Assembly (NCBI GenBank): GCA_963617535.1
Contig: CAVEPD010000002.1
Location: 23,917 to 87,916, forward strand
Direction: 5' to 3'
From: a bacterium
GTDB lineage: Bacteria > Bacillota_I > Bacilli_A > RFN20 > CAG-826
DNA length: 64,000 nt
The position numbers and the translations under genes were made by a program. Below, one piece after another: positions 19,418 to 28,943 of this stretch. A model generated the notes under the pieces. It made no database searches. It had not been told where the DNA came from and worked only from the letters and a program-made list of their open reading frames with translations. Numbering within the stretch: position 1 is the first letter of the stretch; each line of letters begins with the position of its first letter.

Positions 19418-20788
19418 TTAGGCTTTGAGGAAGGCTTTGTAGGCGAGATATGCTTCGTAGACGTCCGCTTTGGAAACAATTTCCATCGGAGCGTGCATGG
19501 AGAGCACCGGGACGCCGGCATCGAGGACGTACATGTTGTAGTTCCCGAGGATGTAGGCGATCGTTCCTCCTCCGCCTTGATCGACTTTGCCGATTTCGGA
19601 GGTTTGGTAATAGACGTTATTCTCGTCCATCGCGTTTCTTACGAAAGCGACGAATTCAGGCATCGCGTCATTGGAGCCGCTCTTGCCACGGGATCCGGTG
19701 TATTTGTTGAACACCACGCCTTTTCCAAAATAGCAGGAATTATTTGGCTCATTGACGCTAGGATACAGCGGATCGACTGCGCCAGAGACGTCGCTAGAAA
19801 GCATCTTGCTGTTGCTCATCGCGTGACGGACGGCGAGGTTGCTGTCTTTGCCTTGCTTAGCGAGCATCTCAGCAATCGTGTTCTCGAACCACATGGATTG
19901 AGCACCCGTCGCTCCGATTGAGCCGACTTCTTCTTTGTCGACTAGAACTGCGATGGTCGTGTATTCACACTCCCCTTGATCAAGGACTGCCTTGAATGAA
20001 GTGTAGGCACAGACTCTATCGTCATGGCCGTAGCCAGCGATCATGGAACGGTCTAAGCCGTAGTCTCTCGCCGGTCCTGCAGGTACGGCGACGAGTTCGC
20101 TAGAGAGGAAATCCTCTTGCTCAATCCCGTATTTTTCCTTCAAGAGTGCGAGGATGTTTTCCTTCACCAAGTGCTTTTTCTTGTCTTGGGTCTGCGCAGG
20201 AATGTTTCCAATGGAGAGATCAAGGCTTTCACCTTCAATGGCTTTGGCCAAGGGTTTTTGCATTTGATCCGCGGAAAGATGAATTAGGAGATCGGTGATG
20301 CCAAGGACGGGGTCATTAGGATCTTCGCCGATGGAGATTTTGACGCAGGTGCCGTCTTTTTTGTAGACGACGCCATGAAGCGCCAAAGGAATGGTGACGT
20401 ATTGATACTTCTTGATGCCGCCATAGTAATGGGTTTCAAACATCGCGAAGCCACCCTTCTCATAAAGAGGGTTCTGCTTGATGTCTAGGCGTGGGGAATC
20501 AATGTGAGCCCCAAGGATTCTTGAACCTTCCTCGATTGGCTTTTTGCCAATGACGGCGCACAAGAAGTTCTTCCCTTTATTAAGCGCGTAGACCTTGTCT
20601 CCAGGCTTCAGCTCCTTGAAGGTACTGAGCTCTTTGAACCCTGCCTTTTCCGCCGTATCGATGGCTTCTTCAACGACGAGACGCTCCGTCTTGCCATAGC
20701 TTAAGAATTGTTTGTAGCCTTCGCAAAAGGTGAAAATAGCTTCTTTTTTCTCGTTGCTTGCGTCAGCCCAAATGTTTTTTGCGTACAT
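19418..20788 (-). CDS. M18 family aminopeptidase (aminopeptidase I / ApeA-like)
   Basis: ILGAHIDSPRLDIKQNPLYE, THYYGGIKKYQ and the DKEEVGS region are typical of M18. The track start at 20845 is TTG. The ATG at 20788 (MYAKNIW...) has a GGAGG RBS 8 nt upstream and matches the N-terminal length of known ApeA proteins. Confidence 0.8.
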   Translation of the reverse strand: MYAKNIWADASNEKKEAIFTFCEGYKQFLSYGKTERLVVEEAIDTAEKAGFKELSTFKELKPGDKVYALNKGKNFLCAVIGKKPIEEGSRILGAHIDSPRLDIKQNPLYEKGGFAMFETHYYGGIKKYQYVTIPLALHGVVYKKDGTCVKISIGEDPNDPVLGITDLLIHLSADQMQKPLAKAIEGESLDLSIGNIPAQTQDKKKHLVKENILALLKEKYGIEQEDFLSSELVAVPAGPARDYGLDRSMIAGYGHDDRVCAYTSFKAVLDQGECEYTTIAVLVDKEEVGSIGATGAQSMWFENTIAEMLAKQGKDSNLAVRHAMSNSKMLSSDVSGAVDPLYPSVNEPNNSCYFGKGVVFNKYTGSRGKSGSNDAMPEFVAFVRNAMDENNVYYQTSEIGKVDQGGGGTIAYILGNYNMYVLDAGVPVLSMHAPMEIVSKADVYEAYLAYKAFLKA

Positions 20789-20934
20789 GTAACTGTCCTC
20801 CCGGTAAGAGAAAAGATACTCCTTGAATTCCTCAAAACAAGCCAAACGATGGGAAAAACTGCTAAAGTGAGAAAATGAGTCTCATTTCTTAAGAAAGAAA
20901 TGCCTTTTTCCCTCTTTTCAACCATAATAACCTC

Positions 20935-22533
20935 ATGGGCTATTTAGTGGATTACCTAAAATGGAGAGGCGAGATCACCTTAGAGAATTCGCCTTTCAAC
21001 GTTTTTGATTCTATGGTTATATCCGCGCTTAGCTACATCCGTTTCGAAGGCACGGTCACAAAGGAAGAAACTTTGCCGTTAGTTGAGGCGGTTGAACGAA
21101 TCAGAAAGATCAAGGAGCCTGTGTTCGCTACCTGCGACTGGGCGATGCAAAAGAAAGCATATAAGGAGCTTTTGGACGCGATTGTCAAAAGCAAACGCTT
21201 CTCCTCCCTGATTCTCTCTCGTTATGAGGACAACACCGACGAGAAAGATACAACCCAGTTCGGGGCGATGACGTTCACTTTCCCTAGTGGAGAGATTGCG
21301 CTTGGCTTTCGCGGGACGGATGAAACTATCGTTGGCTGGAAGGAGAACGCGCAGCTCTCTTTCATGAAGGCCAGCGCTCAAAAGAAAGCCGCTGAATACA
21401 CCGCTAGGCAGGCTAAAGAGGGAAAGCCGTTTTTCCTCTGCGGCCATTCAAAAGGCGGGAATCTTGCCTTATGTGGCGCTATTGCTTTAAGCGAAGAAGA
21501 ACTTCCCCTGCTGCAACATCTTTATCTTCTTGATTCTCCGGGCCTCTGTCCTGAGGTCTTTGGGAAAGTAGACCTTTCTCCTTTTGATGATAGAACCACT
21601 TTTATCGTTCCCTCCTATGATGTTGTAGGTCAGTTCTTCCCTATGGGGTTCAAACATACCCATATTATCCAAAGCGATGCGATGGGTGTGCTTCAGCATG
21701 CTTTTCTTGCTTGGAGAATCGATGGGGGCTCCTTCATCGAAAAGAAGGGCTATTCCCCGGAATGCGAATGGGTCAATAAAATGGTCCGTGATTGGCTGAT
21801 TGATGTTACTTTGGAAGAAAGAAAGCAGTTTGTTAACGACATTTTTAGCGCGATGACAAAACATGGCGAGAAGACCGTTTGGGATTTGGGAAAGAACCCA
21901 ACTAGGACGATGGATCGTCTTGTTCTTTCTTATATCGGCGCAGGCAGAAATGAACGCAAAACCGTAGCAAAACTTGGATTTGCGGCGTTTTTTGGGGCTT
22001 CCTTCCGTGAGGTCATTCACCTGAAAAGCTTCCCGGAATTCCTCATTTCAAACCTCACTCAAGCGATTGCTTTGATCACGATCGGGCTTCTTCTTACTTT
22101 GATGCCGGACTCTCTCCCTTGGATTGTCGTTGCAATAGTCTCGGCCTTGCTGGTGTTAACTTGGGTCGTCGCGATTTATTACCTCGTCAAATCAAAAGGC
22201 GATTGGCGACTATATCAGCTGCGAATCGCTATAGTCGTGATGGCCTCTCTTGCCTATGCGGGGTTAGCAGTTCTTGGGTATAACATTATCAATAGTCTTT
22301 TCACTTGGGCGGCAGGGATGCTCTTTTTGTTCTTGGCCCTCATCATAGGAATTTCCTTGCGCCAAACGGGCGGGAAGAGAATCTATCGACGCGTTGTGAA
22401 TTTTATCGAAGTTGTTCTTTATACGTTGATCGGCATGTTCTTGCTTTTCGCGCCACAAAGCATCTTGGGCTACGGCATCTTTGTAACGGGCATCATCATG
22501 ATGGTCGACGGAATCTATAAGCTGATCCGTTAA
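20935..22533 (+). CDS. DUF2974/Mbeg1-like alpha/beta-hydrolase (lipase-like) fused to a C-terminal multi-TM domain
   Basis: GHSKGG nucleophile elbow in the FRGTDETIVGWKEN...LCGHSKGGNLAL context. C-terminal about 170 aa has 5-6 hydrophobic helices. Confidence 0.55.
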   Translation: MGYLVDYLKWRGEITLENSPFNVFDSMVISALSYIRFEGTVTKEETLPLVEAVERIRKIKEPVFATCDWAMQKKAYKELLDAIVKSKRFSSLILSRYEDNTDEKDTTQFGAMTFTFPSGEIALGFRGTDETIVGWKENAQLSFMKASAQKKAAEYTARQAKEGKPFFLCGHSKGGNLALCGAIALSEEELPLLQHLYLLDSPGLCPEVFGKVDLSPFDDRTTFIVPSYDVVGQFFPMGFKHTHIIQSDAMGVLQHAFLAWRIDGGSFIEKKGYSPECEWVNKMVRDWLIDVTLEERKQFVNDIFSAMTKHGEKTVWDLGKNPTRTMDRLVLSYIGAGRNERKTVAKLGFAAFFGASFREVIHLKSFPEFLISNLTQAIALITIGLLLTLMPDSLPWIVVAIVSALLVLTWVVAIYYLVKSKGDWRLYQLRIAIVVMASLAYAGLAVLGYNIINSLFTWAAGMLFLFLALIIGISLRQTGGKRIYRRVVNFIEVVLYTLIGMFLLFAPQSILGYGIFVTGIIMMVDGIYKLIR

Positions 22534-23228
22534 TGCTTCTCCAAGAACGTTTTTAAACTCTTATACAAAAGTAGCGATAGAGCGATGACAATCGCGTCTT
22601 TCATTGCGTTAAAGGGCAAGACTGCGAACAAGGCGTAGCCCCACTCCAAATTGTTTATTGCCGGATTTGCTGCTTGGCAAATCGCAAGCAATGAATCTAA
22701 AGGGATGCCATACAAAGAAGAATAGAAAGGAATGAGGACGTAGACGTTTAAAACCATTGCCATAACAAGCTGGAGAGGCATCGAAACCGCTAGGCCAATG
22801 AGGGCTCTCTTCCAATTTTTCTTTCCTTTGTAGATGAAACAGGCAGGAAGAATAAAGAATAACGACAGAGCTAAATCCGCCCATTCTCCGACGCTTGCCG
22901 TTGTGGTAAACGGGAGTTTTATAAGGGTTTTGCAGAGCAATGTGAGAAAAGCGCACCAAGGCCCTTCGGCCAGCCCAACGATTAATATAGGGACTTCGTC
23001 GAAGTGGAGGGTTAAAAATTCGGGGACGAATGGCAACTTGATGGTGAATATCGGGACAACATACAAAAGAGCGGATAAAGCCCCAAAAATGCCTGCTTTG
23101 GCGATTAAAGAAACGCTCTTTCTGCTACTTTTTCCTCTGCTTGTTTCCTTGAAATAGAGACGGCAAACAAAGCATGAGGTCATGGCAAGCGCAACAATCG
23201 TTATGACTTTGACTAAGGTCTCGTCCAT
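22530..23228 (-). CDS. Probable ECF-transporter substrate-specific (S) component
   Basis: About 6 TM helices, about 230 aa, with a pattern typical of folate/riboflavin-type S components. Substrate unknown; start may be the internal ATG at 23183. Confidence 0.4.
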   Translation of the reverse strand: MDETLVKVITIVALAMTSCFVCRLYFKETSRGKSSRKSVSLIAKAGIFGALSALLYVVPIFTIKLPFVPEFLTLHFDEVPILIVGLAEGPWCAFLTLLCKTLIKLPFTTTASVGEWADLALSLFFILPACFIYKGKKNWKRALIGLAVSMPLQLVMAMVLNVYVLIPFYSSLYGIPLDSLLAICQAANPAINNLEWGYALFAVLPFNAMKDAIVIALSLLLYKSLKTFLEKH

Positions 23229-23233
23229 GAAAT

Positions 23234-24202
23234 TTATTTTTCACGAATGGCATCAACGAATTCTTGGACGGATTTGTCGTAGAGTTCAGGGTTGACGATG
23301 CGAAGGTGGCTATGGGCTCCATGTGGGAACATGACGAGTTTCTTGGGAGTGGTCTCGGGGAGTTTAGAATAAAGGAGTTTTGTCTTTTCCGGCAAGGAAT
23401 AGATGTCCTCTTCTGAGGCCATCATCAAGGTCGGGATTTGAACCTCGCTCATGCGAAAGATGGGCCCGTCTTTTTTGATGTCGTAGCCATAGAGTTTTTT
23501 AATGCGATGACGGAAATAAGCAACGCAGGTAAGCGGATTGATTTTCGCGTTTTTCCTTACCCTTAGTTTCAAAGTTTCATAAAGGCTCACGTAGAGGCCG
23601 TCAGTGACTAAACCAACGATCGCGGATGGCTTATTCGGATCCGTAACCGCATGGACGCAAGAGCTGGAGCCCACACAGATTCCATGAAGAATGACCTTTT
23701 CGATGCCTTTTTTCGTGGTCAGCCAATGAACGAAAGCGAAAATGTCGAGACGTTCCATATAACCGCAGCCGTGGTTTTCGCCATCGCTTTTGCCGTGCGC
23801 TCTAGTGTCCACCACCAATACGTTTACTCCCGCTTTGCGGTAGCTTTCCGCGTAGAAAAGCGAATAGACAAGCGTTTCTGGGCGACCAGGCATAATGATG
23901 ACGGCCTCTTTGCTTTTGAAGTCATAATATTCGCCATAGAGGTTCAAGCCATCTTCGGTTAAAACATGAACTTCCGAGCAATGCTTCCGATTTGAGGCTT
24001 GGAAGTCTTTCGCTAGGCTCCACATCCTCAGCATCTCTTCGTTCTTTGTGTCGCTTGGGGCGTTCCTACTCCACTTCTCTTTCTTTTTCCTTGTGAAAAG
24101 GGAATCGAAGATGGGGATGGGCACGATGAAGAACATGCTGAACAAAGGCATCACGACGAGGATGAGAACGAGTCCGAGAATTAAATAAAACCACCAAGGC
24201 AT
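23234..24202 (-). CDS. Membrane-anchored alpha/beta hydrolase
   Basis: N-terminal TM helix then alpha/beta-hydrolase layout: HGKSDG region, HGICVGSS nucleophile-like motif, C-terminal His. Confidence 0.55.
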   Translation of the reverse strand: MPWWFYLILGLVLILVVMPLFSMFFIVPIPIFDSLFTRKKKEKWSRNAPSDTKNEEMLRMWSLAKDFQASNRKHCSEVHVLTEDGLNLYGEYYDFKSKEAVIIMPGRPETLVYSLFYAESYRKAGVNVLVVDTRAHGKSDGENHGCGYMERLDIFAFVHWLTTKKGIEKVILHGICVGSSSCVHAVTDPNKPSAIVGLVTDGLYVSLYETLKLRVRKNAKINPLTCVAYFRHRIKKLYGYDIKKDGPIFRMSEVQIPTLMMASEEDIYSLPEKTKLLYSKLPETTPKKLVMFPHGAHSHLRIVNPELYDKSVQEFVDAIREK

Positions 24203-24329
24203 GGGGGTATTTTAAACTCTTCGTTCCCTTAAGCATAGAAGCAGGCTTTTCCCCATAGGGGAATGGTTTGCCTTCTTTCTTGTTTTTAGTTCTAGTAGAA
24301 TGATGCCCGTTAGAAGGAACTAAGAAAAC

Positions 24330-25268
24330 ATGGACCAAAAATTTGCCCTCGTAACTGATTTCGGTTGCGCACTTACGAAAGACCTCCGTGATCGCTTTCA
24401 AATTGATGCTTACATCAATGGAAACGTCACTTATCCTGACGGTCACACGATCAAATCCGACCTCGATTGGAAGACGATGACCCCAGAGCAGTATTTCAAC
24501 TCGTTCAAAGACAAGAAATTCATTCTTAAGAGCAGCTGTCCGAATGTCGATGAGATTGAAGCGATGCTTTTGCCTTTTGCAAAAGACGGACGCGACATTT
24601 TGATGGTCACGATCTCTCATGGCTTGAGCGGAACCTACAATTTTGCCCTCAAGGCCGCGGAAAAAGTGATGAGTGAATATCCCGGAGTCAAAGTTCGTAT
24701 CGTGGACTCCCTTCGTTATAGCACCGCCCAAGGCATGCTCCTCTCCTATGCCTCAAAGCTCAGAGAAGAAGGCAAGAGCTGCGATGAAGCCGCGGATTGG
24801 CTTGAAGAAAATAAACAATGCTTCCATCAGATTGGCATCATGGACGATCTTTTCTTCCTCGCTCGCACCGGTCGCGTCAATAAGGCTGCGGCATTCATGG
24901 GGTCGTTAGTCGGCGTTGAACCGATGGCGGATTTCTCGTCGAATGGCCTTTGCACGGTTATTGGCAAAGGAAAAGGGAAGAAAAAGAGTCTCGATGCGGC
25001 GGTCGCTTATTTGCAGAAACTTGCAATCAACCCCAAGGACCAAGTTCTTTTCTTGGCCCATTCGCTTCGCGAAAAGGAAGCCGAGTATTTTAAGAAGATC
25101 ATCGAAGAAAGAGTTGGACCGAAAGAGGTTATCGTTTCTTCCGTCGACATGGTTTGTGGCGCAAACATTGGCCCAGGCCTCGTCGCCGTGTTCTTCTATG
25201 GCCAAAAAATCACCGACGATCTCTCCACGGAAAAAGCCGTTCTCGCCGAGTGCTTGCAAGGAAAATAA
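24330..25268 (+). CDS. fakB: DegV family fatty-acid-binding protein (FakB-like)
   Basis: DegV hallmarks: N-terminal ALVTDFGCALTKD, TSCPNV...E, ISHGLSGTYN. Confidence 0.8.
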   Translation: MDQKFALVTDFGCALTKDLRDRFQIDAYINGNVTYPDGHTIKSDLDWKTMTPEQYFNSFKDKKFILKSSCPNVDEIEAMLLPFAKDGRDILMVTISHGLSGTYNFALKAAEKVMSEYPGVKVRIVDSLRYSTAQGMLLSYASKLREEGKSCDEAADWLEENKQCFHQIGIMDDLFFLARTGRVNKAAAFMGSLVGVEPMADFSSNGLCTVIGKGKGKKKSLDAAVAYLQKLAINPKDQVLFLAHSLREKEAEYFKKIIEERVGPKEVIVSSVDMVCGANIGPGLVAVFFYGQKITDDLSTEKAVLAECLQGK

Positions 25269-25271
25269 GGA

Positions 25272-26942
25272 ATGACGAATCTCGACCCCGCCCTTTTTAA
25301 ATCGATGATGGTCAATGGCTATCTCGATTTGAAGAGCCACCTCAACGAAGTGAATGACCTGAATGTTTTCCCTGTCCCCGATGGAGACACGGGCTCAAAC
25401 ATGGGCAGCACGATGAACGGGGGCATCCTCGCTCTTTCAAACTCTAAAAGCCATTCGGTCGGTGAGCTTTCCTCCGAAATGGCAAAGGGAATGCTATTAA
25501 GCGCAAGAGGGAACTCCGGCGTCATTCTTTCCCAGTTCTTCGCTGGTTTCGCAAAAGGCTTAACGGGTATTGAAGAACCTAGCGTGGAACAATTCGCTAA
25601 GGCGATGTTTCGCGGCGTGCAAGAGGCATATTCGATTGTCGTGAAACCCGTCGAAGGGACGATTCTCACCGTAATGAGAGAAGGCTGCGAAGAGGCTGGG
25701 AAATACCTAAACAACCACACCTCCTTCGCGGATTATTTCACTTCTTTGATCTCTGCAATGAGAGCGAGCCTAGACAAAACCCCGGATTTGCTTCCAATTT
25801 TGAAAGAAGCTGGCGTGATTGACTCTGGCGGCGCGGGACTTGTTTACATTGTCGAAGGCATGGGGCAAGCAATCGGAGGGAAAATCATTGAAGACGTGTC
25901 TCTTGATTTGTCCTCTTCCACTCAACAAAGCGTCGATCTTTCGGCGTTTACTCCGGATACTCCTTTGGATTATGGCTATTGCACGGAATTCATCTTGCAG
26001 CTCAGCAATCTCAAAGGCGGCGTGGAGAAATTCAAACTCGAAGATCTCGTTTCTTATTTCAACACCCTCGGCGATTCGCTCGTCGCTTTCGCCCAAGGCA
26101 CATTGGTAAAAGTTCATGTCCATACGAAGACGCCAGAAAAAGCGATCGCCTATGCTCGCCAATTCGGTGAATTCTTGACGTTTAAGATGGAGAACATGAC
26201 GTTGCAACACAACGAGACCTTCATTGAAAAATCCCGTCACCGCGGTTTTGTCAGCAAGCCTTTGCAGGCTAAAAAGAAATTAGGAATCGTCGCCGTCGCC
26301 CCTAGCACCGTTCTTGCATCGCGTTTCAAGGAATACGGCGTTGACCAAGTGATTTTGGGAGGCGATACGATGAATGTCTCCGCTCAGGCGTTTATTGACG
26401 CAATCAACAAAGCGAACGCAGAAGAAGTAATCGTTTTGCCGAACAACAAGAATGAGATTATGGTCGCCGAGCAAGCCTGCTCAGCGATTAGCGATGCCAA
26501 AGCGGTTGTCTGCAAAACCGAAGATGTCGCGATTGGCATTGGCGTTGCCTCCGTGATGGATAAGGCGAACCTTTCGCTTGAAGAGAACCTCGAATACGCA
26601 AAAAACGAAATCGAAAACTGCATCTCTTTGAAGATTGGGCGGACTTCGAAAACGTTTATGCTAAACGGCAAGGAAGTTGCTCCTGGCGGGTATTTGGCAT
26701 TTATGAACGGCGCGCCCGTTTATTACAACGATAATTTTGAAGGGGCTTTTGCGGGCTTATTGGAAAAAATAGAGGGTTTTGACGAGAAATCCGTGCTAAC
26801 GATGTTCTTCGCGGACAACATTACCGAAGAAACCCGTTCTTCTTGCGAAAACATCGCCCAAGAGAAATCGGATGGCTTCCTTGAGACTTATTCGCTTCCT
26901 GGTGGTCAAAAGATTTACCAGCTGATTGCTTTGTTGGAGTAG
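25272..26942 (+). CDS. fakA: DAK2-domain fusion protein YloV (fatty acid kinase FakA-like)
   Basis: DAK2 motif VPDGDTGSNM near the N-terminus, about 550 aa, immediately downstream of the degV-family gene as in the fakB-fakA arrangement. Confidence 0.8.
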   Translation: MTNLDPALFKSMMVNGYLDLKSHLNEVNDLNVFPVPDGDTGSNMGSTMNGGILALSNSKSHSVGELSSEMAKGMLLSARGNSGVILSQFFAGFAKGLTGIEEPSVEQFAKAMFRGVQEAYSIVVKPVEGTILTVMREGCEEAGKYLNNHTSFADYFTSLISAMRASLDKTPDLLPILKEAGVIDSGGAGLVYIVEGMGQAIGGKIIEDVSLDLSSSTQQSVDLSAFTPDTPLDYGYCTEFILQLSNLKGGVEKFKLEDLVSYFNTLGDSLVAFAQGTLVKVHVHTKTPEKAIAYARQFGEFLTFKMENMTLQHNETFIEKSRHRGFVSKPLQAKKKLGIVAVAPSTVLASRFKEYGVDQVILGGDTMNVSAQAFIDAINKANAEEVIVLPNNKNEIMVAEQACSAISDAKAVVCKTEDVAIGIGVASVMDKANLSLEENLEYAKNEIENCISLKIGRTSKTFMLNGKEVAPGGYLAFMNGAPVYYNDNFEGAFAGLLEKIEGFDEKSVLTMFFADNITEETRSSCENIAQEKSDGFLETYSLPGGQKIYQLIALLE

Positions 26943-26945
26943 GAC

Positions 26946-27299
26946 ATGGAAGAACAGGAAATCATCGAGGTTGAGGCAATCGATAAATCGATTCATGAAG
27001 CCCAGCCGAACAAAAAACCGAAGAAGGCCAAATACCAATATGGCAGGCGGATCGAGAGATTCACGAAAATCGACTGGTTTTGTCTGCGCTTCTTTTTCCC
27101 GTTCTTTTTGATTGGGGTCCTTGGCTCTTGGGCGCTTTGGATTGGCTACTTCCAGCATCCCGAGAACGTGTTTTTCCTAATCTTTTTGATTTTAGCGTTA
27201 ATCATCTTGGGCTTTTCTGTTTTGATGTTTGCCTCTCACTTCCTTTGGAAGGCATTAATCAATTCCTGGAAGAAAAAAGATCCGAATTACGAGGGGTAA
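26946..27299 (+). CDS. Small membrane protein (2 TM)
   Basis: 117 aa, two hydrophobic helices, GGAG RBS, 4 bp after the fakA stop. Confidence 0.45.
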   Translation: MEEQEIIEVEAIDKSIHEAQPNKKPKKAKYQYGRRIERFTKIDWFCLRFFFPFFLIGVLGSWALWIGYFQHPENVFFLIFLILALIILGFSVLMFASHFLWKALINSWKKKDPNYEG

Positions 27300-27302
27300 G
27301 TT

Positions 27303-28007
27303 ATGGCTTCGATTCGCGTAGAGCATTTGTGCAAAATCTATAACCAAGGAAAAGAGAACGAAGTCATCGCGTTGAACGACGTCTCTTTTTCCGCGGAGGA
27401 AGGGGAATTCATTGTTATCATTGGCCCTTCTGGCGCGGGAAAGAGCACCCTTCTTAATCTGCTTGGCGGCATGGATGTTTCCACTTCTGGCTCTTATTGG
27501 ATCGGGAATGAAGACGCCTCGAAGTTCAATGCGAAGCAATTGCAGTTACTTCGTCGCGATAAGATTGGTTTCGTTTTTCAGTTCTATAACCTCATGCCGA
27601 ACCTAACGGCGTTAGAAAACGTCGCTTTGGCAGCGTCAGTTGTCGATAACGCCTTTGATCCTAAGACGACCTTAGAAGGAGTTGGCTTAGGCAAACGTTT
27701 GGGCAATTTCCCTTCAGAGCTTTCTGGCGGCGAACAGCAAAGAGTCGCTATCGCGCGCGCTTTGGTGAAGAATCCTGCCCTGCTTCTCTGCGATGAGCCA
27801 ACGGGTGCTCTTGATTCGAAGACCGGAGCCAGCATCATCAAACTCCTTTCGGATGTCTGTGCTTCTTACAAGAAAACCGTTTTGATGGTCACTCATAACG
27901 CGAAAATCGCTTCCGTCGCGAAACGTGTTTTGAAAATCGCGGATGGACGGATTGTCGAGGATATCCATAATGACCATCCTTTAGCCCCTGAGGAAGTTAG
28001 CTGGTAA
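27303..28007 (+). CDS. ABC transporter ATP-binding protein (LolD/MacB/FtsE-like)
   Basis: Walker [13 protein letters not shown], signature [15 protein letters not shown], Walker [10 protein letters not shown]-loop VTHN. Confidence 0.85.
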   Translation: MASIRVEHLCKIYNQGKENEVIALNDVSFSAEEGEFIVIIGPSGAGKSTLLNLLGGMDVSTSGSYWIGNEDASKFNAKQLQLLRRDKIGFVFQFYNLMPNLTALENVALAASVVDNAFDPKTTLEGVGLGKRLGNFPSELSGGEQQRVAIARALVKNPALLLCDEPTGALDSKTGASIIKLLSDVCASYKKTVLMVTHNAKIASVAKRVLKIADGRIVEDIHNDHPLAPEEVSW

Positions 28008-28943
28008 ATGGGAAAAAAGAGGCGGTATTTGCATTGGTTTCGGAAGAATATCTTTTCTTCCATTGGTTTGCGCGTGCTTCATAAGGCTAAGTCTGTCGAA
28101 AAGTGGAAAGGCCAAAAAGGGCCTAGTCTAGAGGAGACGGACGAAGCTCTTTGCAAAGCCATAGACTCAAAGGAGCCGTTCGCCGCGATTCGTTTCGGCG
28201 CGGTTGAGCTTTCTTGCTTGAACAACCATGAGAAGATCGAGCTTGGCTTAAAGAAGCATTATAAGGAATCCGTTGTCTATTCTATGAAGAACAACGCGGG
28301 CTTCTTCCCAACCGATGAGGCATCCTTGCAAGAATACGGCGACAAACTTCTCCCCTTGTTAAAAGAAACGACCTTCTTGGGAATCTCTGGCGTTCATATG
28401 GAAGAATACTTCCAAGAAGTTTATTGCCCGAATAGCCAAATTCTCCTTTATGAAGGGTTTGAGCCGCTTCATGGGCGTTGGTCTAGCCACCTAAAAGGAA
28501 AGAAAGTCCTTGTGGTCTCCCCTTTCGTGAGCCAGATTAAAGAACAATACGCGCGTAGAGAAGAGCTTTTCCCTAAGGGCAGCGATATTCTCCCTGAATT
28601 CACTTTGCTTACAATTGAGTCTCCTTTGACTTGTGCGGATGGCATCGTGGAAGGATCGAATTTCTTTAACGAACTAGAGAAGATGAAAAAAGCCATGTCG
28701 GAATGCGATTTTGACATCGCGCTTATCGGCGCGGGGGCCTATGGAACTTTCCTTGCTTTGGAAGCGAAACGCCTTGGGAAACAAGGAATCCAAACTGGTG
28801 GAGCCACAATGACTTTCTTTGGAATGATTGGCAAACGGTGGGACAAACGCGACCATGTGGCGAAATATGTTAATTCTTCATGGATCAGACCCTCTCGGAA
28901 ACCTGCCGGATATGAGAAAATAGAAGGAGGAGCGTATTGGTGA
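28008..28943 (+). CDS. Hypothetical cytoplasmic protein in glycan/lipid cluster (weak resemblance to DUF1792/GT-D-type glycosyltransferases)
   Basis: 311 aa, no TM. The AAIRFGAVE motif is reminiscent of the GT-D fold, but this is unverified. Translationally coupled to both neighbours. Confidence 0.4.
   Translation: MGKKRRYLHWFRKNIFSSIGLRVLHKAKSVEKWKGQKGPSLEETDEALCKAIDSKEPFAAIRFGAVELSCLNNHEKIELGLKKHYKESVVYSMKNNAGFFPTDEASLQEYGDKLLPLLKETTFLGISGVHMEEYFQEVYCPNSQILLYEGFEPLHGRWSSHLKGKKVLVVSPFVSQIKEQYARREELFPKGSDILPEFTLLTIESPLTCADGIVEGSNFFNELEKMKKAMSECDFDIALIGAGAYGTFLALEAKRLGKQGIQTGGATMTFFGMIGKRWDKRDHVAKYVNSSWIRPSRKPAGYEKIEGGAYW

Noticed and set aside
19327-19521. N-terminal 65 aa of track ORF 18823-19521 (minus)
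   Set aside because: Overlaps the 3' end of the upstream aminopeptidase gene. The ProX-like domain begins at the internal ATG at 19326, downstream of that gene's stop.
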